IMG/VR virus record: IMGVR_UViG_2541047926_000005
Coordinates: 1-12,549 of that record
From: a virus
Taxonomy: Duplodnaviria; Heunggongvirae; Uroviricota; Caudoviricetes
Strand: one strand, 5' to 3'
DNA length: 12,549 nt
In this document: positions 7,065 to 12,549 of the stretch, one piece after another
Layout: each line of letters starts with the position of its first letter
Numbering within the stretch: the first letter of the stretch is position 1
Notes under the pieces: model-generated
The model's database searches: none
Told to the model about the DNA's origin: nothing
What the model saw: only the letters and a program-made list of their open reading frames with translations
Translations under genes and position numbers: made by a program

Positions 7065-7139
7065 GGGTAACTCCTTATATTTGATTGCATAACGAAAATG
7101 CCTCTCGTGAAGCATTATTGGTATGCGGTAAAGCCGCGC

Positions 7140-7508
7140 TCAGGCGGCTTTGATAGTCATATCATCTGAATCAAATATTCCTGATGTGTCGATATCGGTA
7201 ATTCTTATTCCTTCGCTACCATCCATTGGAGGCCATCCTTCCTGACCATTTCCATCATCCCAGTCGAACTCACAAACAACACCATATGCATTTAAGTCTT
7301 TCGAAATTGCTATAAGCAGAGCATGTTGCGCCAGCATGATTAATACAGCATTTAATACAGCGCCGTGTTTATTGAGTCGGTATTTAGAGTCTGACCAGAA
7401 ATTATTAATCTGGTGAAGTTTTTCCTCTGTCATTACGTCATGGTCGATTTCAATTTCTATTGATGCTTTCCAGTCGTAATCAATGATGTATTTTTTGATG
7501 TTTGACAT
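7140..7508 (-). CDS. ea10: Ea10-like protein
   Basis: 122-aa ORF, same length as lambda Ea10; N-terminus MSNIKKYIIDYDWKASIEIEIDHDVMTEEKLHQINNFW recognised from lambda ea10; SD GAGGA upstream; sits upstream of cIII as in lambda. Confidence 0.7.
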   Translation of the reverse strand: MSNIKKYIIDYDWKASIEIEIDHDVMTEEKLHQINNFWSDSKYRLNKHGAVLNAVLIMLAQHALLIAISKDLNAYGVVCEFDWDDGNGQEGWPPMDGSEGIRITDIDTSGIFDSDDMTIKAA

Positions 7509-7526
7509 CTATTCATATCCTCATAG

Positions 7527-7554
7527 ATAAAAAATCGCCCTCACACTGGAGGGC
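7527..7554 (-). terminator. Intrinsic terminator (stem GCCCTC/GAGGGC, 6-nt loop) plus GAUUUUUU on minus strand, about 20 nt upstream of ea10
   Basis: Plus strand AAAAAATCGCCCTCACACTGGAGGGC; minus-strand RNA hairpin followed by U6. Confidence 0.55.
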
Positions 7555-7647
7555 AAAGAAGATTTCCAATAATCAGAACAAGTCGGCTCCTGTTTAGTTA
7601 CGAGCGACATTGCTCACATAGCAGACTCGTGAATCTGCTATAGGTGC

Positions 7648-7833
7648 TTATTCGCTTGGTGGTTCAGGTAATTTCACGTACTCAACACCCCACATATTTT
7701 CTACCCAGGAAAGCCACTCCCATGAATTCAGTCTTTGTGACCACATTCGCCATCTCCCATTCAATTGGGTAATCTCCGTCTCGTCTCCCGGCCTGACGAA
7801 TGTGCAATTAGACTTCGTTATTCTTACCTTCAT
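7648..7833 (-). CDS. Small hypothetical protein (61 aa, Trp-rich C-terminal half)
   Basis: ATG 7833 overlaps the upstream stop (TGATG); GGAGGAG upstream; product MKVRITKSNCTFVRPGDETEITQLNGRWRMWSQRLNSWEWLSWVENMWGVEYVKLPEPPSE. Confidence 0.5.
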   Translation of the reverse strand: MKVRITKSNCTFVRPGDETEITQLNGRWRMWSQRLNSWEWLSWVENMWGVEYVKLPEPPSE

Positions 7834-8129
7834 CACTCCTCCCCAAGAGCCTTGCTGATGGCTGCAAGACCTTTATTAACAGCTCCATACCATTCTGGAT
7901 ATGTTGTCGTTGTTCTATTTTTGGATTGCTTAAGTAATAACTGAAGTGCTTCGAGAAGGTCAGGTGCTGCCGCTATTAGATTGGCATCTTCAATACATTT
8001 AACTTCCTCACAGATTGCAATATACGAACGCCAGCCTGCGCCATTTTCAAGTGAGTCTGCCTGGATGATTTTAATCTCATCGCCATCCATCATTATTTCC
8101 CACTTACCTTCAGTACCTTTAAATTCCAT
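7833..8129 (-). CDS. Hypothetical 98-aa protein
   Basis: SD GAGG 6 nt upstream of ATG 8129; lies directly downstream of a terminator; contains IAAAPDLLEALQLL helix; family not recognised. Confidence 0.65.
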   Translation of the reverse strand: MEFKGTEGKWEIMMDGDEIKIIQADSLENGAGWRSYIAICEEVKCIEDANLIAAAPDLLEALQLLLKQSKNRTTTTYPEWYGAVNKGLAAISKALGEE

Positions 8130-8149
8130 GTTAGCCTCTGTTGTTTATG

Positions 8150-8177
8150 CCAAAAATAAAGGCCGACTATGCGGCCT
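8150..8177 (-). terminator. Intrinsic terminator (stem AGGCCG/CGGCCT, 6-nt loop) plus UUUAUUUUU on minus strand, overlapping the stop codon of the 207-aa gene
   Basis: Plus strand CAAAAATAAAGGCCGACTATGCGGCCT; hairpin and U-tract fall immediately 3' of the 8167-8790 gene. Confidence 0.55.
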
Positions 8178-8790
8178 CGGAAGGAAGTCCAATCATCTTA
8201 TTCAAATCTTCTACCCGTAAAGCAGGAAGTGCTGTACTTGCTTTATCTGCTTCTTTTGGTAGCAACTCTTTGCTTTCAGGCCAAACCTCAATAAGTCGCT
8301 TAACTGTTGTGACTGAGTTTAAAGCAGCCCATACATTTGATTCGATATCCTTTTTCTTGGCTTCAAGTTTTTGTTGTAATGAGCAGATTTCATCAAACCT
8401 TTTTGTTATTTCGTGCTCTGCGTCAAACATGCATTTATCTTTTATCGGAGTAGGGAGAAATATATCTTCGCCGTTGCCGTCTTTCCCATATGAATGCCAT
8501 CCAACCCTTCTGCCAGATACAGTCAGATAAATTGAAGTAGAACGAAAATCGTATGAGTAAAATGAACATCCCATCTTGCCAAGTTCTTCACTTATAGCTA
8601 CCAACTTGGATGATAACTGATCCACTTCCTCAGTTTTCTTTTTACCGCCAAACGCAATAACTCTGGCGTCAAGTGCAAGCTGGTTCTTTAACTTTGTTAC
8701 TTCTTCAAGCTCAGTGAAAACCCCAGACTTAATTAAAGCGTTACGAGCGATTTTCTCTTTCATTCTCGTAGTTAAGCGGATTGATGACAT
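8167..8790 (-). CDS. Hypothetical soluble 207-aa protein with its own terminator (accessory gene in the ral/sieB region)
   Basis: ATG at 8790 with SD GAGAGG 7 nt upstream (ORF-track start at 8805 is a TTG inside the SD); charged coiled-coil-like termini; no TM segments; family not recognised. Confidence 0.7.
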   Translation of the reverse strand: MSSIRLTTRMKEKIARNALIKSGVFTELEEVTKLKNQLALDARVIAFGGKKKTEEVDQLSSKLVAISEELGKMGCSFYSYDFRSTSIYLTVSGRRVGWHSYGKDGNGEDIFLPTPIKDKCMFDAEHEITKRFDEICSLQQKLEAKKKDIESNVWAALNSVTTVKRLIEVWPESKELLPKEADKASTALPALRVEDLNKMIGLPSEAA

Positions 8791-8847
8791 ATTAATTCCT
8801 CTCAAATAAGTGGTTTGCTGCGAAAGTAAATACGCTTAAGTTACCTG

Positions 8848-8985
8848 TTATTTATCCCACCAAGTTCCGTATCTATCTATCCAGTTACACCAATCGTCGA
8901 CACTCCATTTTGTTGTGTCGCATTTTGGCAATTGGCATGAATATCTACCTTCTTTGTAAAGTCGGCGTTTGACTTTCTTGGGCAT
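8848..8985 (-). CDS. Small Cys/Trp-rich protein (45 aa)
   Basis: Unlisted ORF MPKKVKRRLYKEGRYSCQLPKCDTTKWSVDDWCNWIDRYGTWWDK; strong SD GAGGTGA 6 nt upstream of ATG 8985. Confidence 0.45.
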   Translation of the reverse strand: MPKKVKRRLYKEGRYSCQLPKCDTTKWSVDDWCNWIDRYGTWWDK

Positions 8986-9171
8986 GGCTCACCTCAATCG
9001 TAATAAGCTGGAATTGATTTTCCGCGTTGCTTCTGGCGGCCTGAACAAGTCACACCCATTTCACTGCGTGGCTTGCGGTAGTAAAGATTGTGCCTGTCTT
9101 TTAACCACATCAGGCTCGGTGGTTCTCGTGTACCCCTACAGCGAGAAAAATAGTAAAATCCTCTCACCCCC

Positions 9172-9534
9172 TTATTTTGTCAGGGGGATATCTCCTTCAG
9201 TTCTGACCATTCGCCTTAATACTTTCCTTAAGTCGATGTAAAGTTGAAGGTCTCCATTTGCTGCGGCATCAGCCATTTTTTGCCTGACAAGCAGTAATGT
9301 TTCATACGGCTCAATAAGAATATCGTCATGAGTAATTAGGTGAAGCGTTGCCGCATCAACTATTCCTAGAGCTGCGCCAAGTATCAAAAATTCCCTGCTA
9401 TTTTTGTCGCATGAGGAGATAAGCGTATTTAGCGCATACCTAATATTCTTTATAGCTGTTGTTAATGCTGCAATTTCTTCTATGGCGTCTTCTTCAATGA
9501 GATTTTTAAGCTCATATTTTTCTTCCTGACCCAT
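9172..9534 (-). CDS. Hypothetical 120-aa protein, first leftward gene after the organisational break
   Basis: ATG 9534 with SD GAGGT about 5 nt upstream; the ORF-track extension to 9618 lacks an SD and has a different composition; no Arg-rich motif, so not an N-like antiterminator. Confidence 0.6.
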   Translation of the reverse strand: MGQEEKYELKNLIEEDAIEEIAALTTAIKNIRYALNTLISSCDKNSREFLILGAALGIVDAATLHLITHDDILIEPYETLLLVRQKMADAAANGDLQLYIDLRKVLRRMVRTEGDIPLTK

Positions 9535-9569
9535 AATTACCTCGCCGTCAGTTGTTTTGATTTCCGGTA

Positions 9570-9601
9570 GCCTGCCGCGTAAATGGCTACATTTGGCAGG
9601 C
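9570..9601. promoter_or_regulatory. Nested inverted repeat GCCTGCC-n18-GGCAGGC (inner AAATG/CATTT) in the divergent intergenic region; candidate operator or RNA structure
   Basis: Perfect 7-bp arms at 9570-9576 and 9595-9601; overlaps a weak sigma70-like promoter for the plus-strand gene (TTGATT 9557-9562, 17-nt spacer, TAAATG 9580-9585). Confidence 0.3.
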
Positions 9602-9647
9602 AAACACTTCCACTGCATTCATCAACTTTCTTGCAGCGAAGGCTAAT

Positions 9648-11123
9648 GTGCTGAAGTATGACCCTGATCAGTTACGACAGGATTTGTCTTCACAGGGCGG
9701 CGTAAACTTAGTTAATGGTGCCGTTAGTTATGATAATCTGGGTAGTGAATACGGGCTGAATCTCATAGGTGAATATGCCGAAATATCAAATTTACGGGAT
9801 GTAGCACCATCTGTAGGTGATAAGGTCATGGTGAAGGAGCACACCACAGGACGTGGTTTGTTAGGTGGTGGTGTTTTCGTAGCTGTATCAGGGAATTACA
9901 CAGATGATGATGGAGTATTTATTTCGTCTGCTTCCCCATCTGTATATTGGGTACGAAGTGGCGCAGGTAGTCATGTTATAATTGAATGGTTCGGTGGCAA
10001 ATCTGAAGATCAGAGTTTAGATCATTCTCCTATCCTGGCTAACGCACAGTTATATGAAGGTCGATCGATAGAGTTTCAGTACGGAAGCTACTACTTTACA
10101 CCTCCATGCGTCATCAAGCCGTCTATGCATTTCATCGGCAGCGGTGGCGCTAAAACATTCTGGCGAAACAAAAATATAAATGCGGACGCCACGGTGTTCT
10201 TCGCCAACACCGGGAGTGCATCTTCTTGGGCTGAAAATACAGTGTTCGAGCGCATTCATTTTAGTAATGACTCCAGCTCTACCCCCAGCAATGCGGCTAT
10301 ATCACTGCAACATGCGAGTCTATTTAAATTTGATAAGTGCGGTTTTTACAAGGCACCGATTTACGCATCAGATTTACACTGGGTTACTTGGAATGGCTGC
10401 GTATTAATCGACAGTATGACCACAATTAACGAGGCCAGTGTATCACCAGCATTTCCTATTAACGAGGGTCCAGCATTTATCGACTGCTATATGGTCAGAT
10501 CCCCTATAGATATAACTGATGTTGCCGATTTGAGACTAGTAGGCACTTCGATGTTTTACGGACCTTACGGCATAAAGTCAACGACACACCGACCTTTAGA
10601 TTCAGGGGCGGATTCTCGGGGATTACCGGTATTTATAACTAATAGCGTAATTGACAATATTGACGGTTATTGCTTGGACCTTAACAGAGTGGCGGTAGGA
10701 ACTATCACAAACAGCCTGTTCTCTGGAGGAAGAGTGTCAGGGACTCCAGCAATACGTGCAACAGAGGTTTTGGGACTTAGCTTTAACGCCAATGTTATCC
10801 ATTTCGCCGGTCAGGAATGCATGTACCTCTATGACGTGCAGAATATATTAATGGGTAATAACCAATTCAGTAGTTGCAACGGTTATGCAATAAAAGCAGA
10901 ATATTGTCGTAATGTTACTGTGAATGGTAATTTCTTCGGTAACCAGAAAGTCACTGGCGGATGGAATACATGCACTGGAGGGATAAACTTTAACACCAAC
11001 GATAACCTTGCATGGATAATAACTGGCAACACTTTCGTAAGTGTACCCGGAGTTGTAGGGCAGACAGGGTCTGGAAGAACAGTTTATACTGCCACAGGTA
11101 ATTCAGGTTTGTCAGATAATTAA
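9648..11123 (+). CDS. Tailspike-like right-handed beta-helix protein lacking a head-binding domain (putative polysaccharide-degrading or -binding)
   Basis: 491-aa ORF with GTG start at 9648 (SD GAAGG 5 nt upstream); N-terminus LKYDPDQ matches the conserved junction motif of P22-family tailspikes as I recall it, and the upstream in-frame codons read A-N-V; body has beta-helix-like repeats (NVTVNGNFF, NILMGNNQF, LSFNANVIH, ITNSLFSGG); no signal peptide. Confidence 0.75.
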   Translation: MLKYDPDQLRQDLSSQGGVNLVNGAVSYDNLGSEYGLNLIGEYAEISNLRDVAPSVGDKVMVKEHTTGRGLLGGGVFVAVSGNYTDDDGVFISSASPSVYWVRSGAGSHVIIEWFGGKSEDQSLDHSPILANAQLYEGRSIEFQYGSYYFTPPCVIKPSMHFIGSGGAKTFWRNKNINADATVFFANTGSASSWAENTVFERIHFSNDSSSTPSNAAISLQHASLFKFDKCGFYKAPIYASDLHWVTWNGCVLIDSMTTINEASVSPAFPINEGPAFIDCYMVRSPIDITDVADLRLVGTSMFYGPYGIKSTTHRPLDSGADSRGLPVFITNSVIDNIDGYCLDLNRVAVGTITNSLFSGGRVSGTPAIRATEVLGLSFNANVIHFAGQECMYLYDVQNILMGNNQFSSCNGYAIKAEYCRNVTVNGNFFGNQKVTGGWNTCTGGINFNTNDNLAWIITGNTFVSVPGVVGQTGSGRTVYTATGNSGLSDN

Positions 11124-11133
11124 CAATATATGC

Positions 11134-11190
11134 ACTCACATGACAATATATGTATAACAGTTGCCGTATATTTGTCATGTGAGTTGTTTT
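11134..11190. terminator. Bidirectional terminator-like hairpin between convergent genes (13-bp perfect stem 11134-11146 / 11172-11184, 25-nt loop)
   Basis: ACTCACATGACAA and its reverse complement TTGTCATGTGAGT; followed by TGTTTT on the plus strand and an AT-rich tail on the minus strand; flanked by 10-bp direct repeat ACAATATATG (11123-11132 and 11143-11152). Confidence 0.5.
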
Positions 11191-11196
11191 AATATA

Positions 11197-12549
11197 TTAA
11201 GCTCTCTTTATTAGAACTGGAGATATAATGATGATTGGTAGTGCTTTTACCAGATAAACCAGCGGGAGAACTAACTCAGCTCTACATGAAAAAATGAATC
11301 CTGGTAAAATGGCCATTGCAGATACAATAAGCATCTTATTTCCTGATGACAGCAACTTATTTATCAATAGAATAATTGACAATGAATACGCTATCATTAC
11401 CATTGGCCCAAATGCACCGCCAAGAATCATGGATTCAAGCGGAAGTGATGATGATAAAGCTATTCCAGATGAATGACTGCCAAGGGCAATATCCGTATAT
11501 ACTTGCGATATCGGCGTGACACCGTTTATATTAAATCCAAGCAGGTTAAAGAATTGTAATATAATATCTTCCTGATTAAAATTGTGGGAATACCAAAAGT
11601 CAGATATATTGAAAGTACTTTGCAACCCAGATATTATTGATGCTATAGAATCAAGAACAATTAGTAAATAGCTAAAGAAATACATGTTGTATCCTTCTCT
11701 ATAATATGAAACCAAAGAAAGTACAACAAATAGAGATGATATTACTACAGGGCTTGTTATTTTTCTGAAGTATTTCTTTGCATTATTTATATCAACAAAC
11801 ATCATTATTATAAAAATTGAAATCAAGGAAGAAAAAGCCTTCCCTCTAATGCCTATAATTATGTCTGAGAACAATATGAATATTGCAATTGCTGTAATTA
11901 TCTTACTCCTTGAAAAGGCTATAGCCATGAGCGATAAAATTACTGAAAACCCACTTAAGAACCTTATTGCGAAAGGCACTGACGACACAAGATCGTCGTT
12001 TGATAGATATATTGCAAGATGCCCAAGACCTGAATTTGATATGAATGAGTAATATGTGTATATTTTATATAGTTGAGCTATCGCTACAAACAAAAATATA
12101 AATACAAAAAAATTACTTAGCCTTAGATTAATTAAAGGATTTGTTTTTGTTTGTCTGAATGACTTTCCAAGAAAGTAAATAACCATAGATGAAAGAACGA
12201 TGCATAGCATCATTCCTTTAAATGCAGGAGTGGAGTCGTTTACCATAAACAAATAACAGGCAGGTATTCCAAGAAGTAATGAATAACAAAAGAAATATAT
12301 AGTTCCAATAGATAATTCATTCATTCTTTTTATATACGATAACACCAAGCATGAAGTATACAGTGGAGCGATAAAACAAAACAATATATCATATACACCT
12401 GATTGAACCCCAGATATCATTAGCAATGATATAAATACGATTATAGACAGTAGAGCAAACATAAGAAATATATACGGCAATGTATTAACTATCTGGTTTG
12501 GAGTCCATATATAACCAGTGTTACTGCCTGAAATGTATTTTCTAATCAT
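11197..12549 (-). CDS. Polytopic inner-membrane protein, GtrC/Wzy-like (candidate O-antigen modifying enzyme: serotype-specific glycosyltransferase or O-antigen polymerase)
   Basis: 450-aa ORF with many hydrophobic helices; markedly AT-rich codon usage unlike the rest of the window; starts at the last base of the window (ATG 12549-12547), so the true start may lie beyond; convergent with the tailspike-like gene. Confidence 0.75.
   Translation of the reverse strand: MIRKYISGSNTGYIWTPNQIVNTLPYIFLMFALLSIIVFISLLMISGVQSGVYDILFCFIAPLYTSCLVLSYIKRMNELSIGTIYFFCYSLLLGIPACYLFMVNDSTPAFKGMMLCIVLSSMVIYFLGKSFRQTKTNPLINLRLSNFFVFIFLFVAIAQLYKIYTYYSFISNSGLGHLAIYLSNDDLVSSVPFAIRFLSGFSVILSLMAIAFSRSKIITAIAIFILFSDIIIGIRGKAFSSLISIFIIMMFVDINNAKKYFRKITSPVVISSLFVVLSLVSYYREGYNMYFFSYLLIVLDSIASIISGLQSTFNISDFWYSHNFNQEDIILQFFNLLGFNINGVTPISQVYTDIALGSHSSGIALSSSLPLESMILGGAFGPMVMIAYSLSIILLINKLLSSGNKMLIVSAMAILPGFIFSCRAELVLPLVYLVKALPIIIISPVLIKRA

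Larger units (their letters stand above)
1331..12549. mobile_element. Lambdoid prophage, left (int-proximal) arm; mosaic and possibly defective; extends to or beyond window end
   Basis: attL followed by int, xis, and a leftward operon with ea10/cIII/kil-like genes and an erf/ssb recombination module; no second att core found in the window. Confidence 0.8.

Noticed and set aside
7618-7641. 8-bp stem-loop (ATAGCAGA / TCTGCTAT) just after the 61-aa gene, considered as a nut boxB-like or terminator element
   Set aside because: No U-tract on either strand and no boxA/boxB-like sequence in nut orientation; could be an RNA processing or stability element but is unsupported.
9165-9190. Hairpin CCCCCT-n9-AGGGGG overlapping the 3' end of the 120-aa gene
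   Set aside because: The following minus-strand sequence starts UGAGAGGA before any U-run, so it is not a canonical intrinsic terminator; it may simply reflect coding sequence.
8969-9241. Plus-strand 90-aa ORF
   Set aside because: Overlaps the 45-aa and 120-aa leftward genes and their intergenic hairpin; no SD; the block is otherwise uniformly leftward.
9172-9618. 148-aa version of the 120-aa gene
   Set aside because: The ATG at 9618 lacks a good SD and the first 28 residues differ in composition; ATG 9534 has a GAGGT SD. Kept as an alternative only.
1-12549. Search for nutL, N, cI/cro operators, tRNA genes and CRISPR repeats
   Set aside because: No Arg-rich N-like ORF, no boxB-type hairpin with GAAGA-like loop, no tRNA-like cloverleaf and no regularly spaced direct repeats were seen. 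The immunity region is presumably outside the window or deleted.
9648-12549. Antisense ORFs inside the beta-helix gene (10050-10259, 10180-10407) and inside the membrane-protein gene (11294-11476, 11849-12052), plus the convergent-region ORF 10990-11178
   Set aside because: Fully embedded in long, well-supported ORFs on the opposite strand, or spanning the terminator hairpin; no translation signals.

Overview
The window runs from the host gene ybhC (1-1284, minus strand) across a lambda-type attL (core GCTTTTTTATACTAA at 1331-1345, with IHF and Int arm-type sites in the P' arm) into about 11 kb of a lambdoid prophage left arm. Almost everything from 1419 to 9534 is transcribed leftward, in lambda early-left order: int, xis (with a CII-type TTGC-N6-TTGC pI site), a terminator cluster, an accessory region (a 94-aa Zn-finger-like ORF and a tightly coupled cassette of 191-, 286-, about 54- and 98-aa proteins), an SSB-like gene, erf, kil-like, cIII-like, ea10-like, and a further accessory block of 61-, 98-, 207-, 45- and 120-aa proteins separated by intrinsic terminators. 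The recombination module is P22-type (Erf plus SSB) rather than lambda exo/bet/gam, so the element is mosaic. At 9648 the organisation changes abruptly: a plus-strand 491-aa beta-helix gene, whose N-terminus starts at the conserved ANVLKYDPDQ junction of P22-like tailspikes as I recall it, converges on an AT-rich gene for a 450-aa polytopic membrane protein (GtrC/Wzy-like) across a 13-bp inverted repeat. No immunity, replication, lysis or morphogenesis genes lie between the early-left genes and this tailspike-like gene. The most interesting candidates are the tailspike-like/membrane-protein pair as a possible O-antigen (serotype) conversion module or deletion remnant, the four-gene coupled accessory cassette at 3610-5524, and the self-terminated 207-aa gene at 8167-8790 in the position where lambdoid phages carry exclusion genes. 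All names rest on reading the translated ORFs, on motifs, and on recalled reference sequences; no database search was run. No tRNA, rRNA or CRISPR array was seen.
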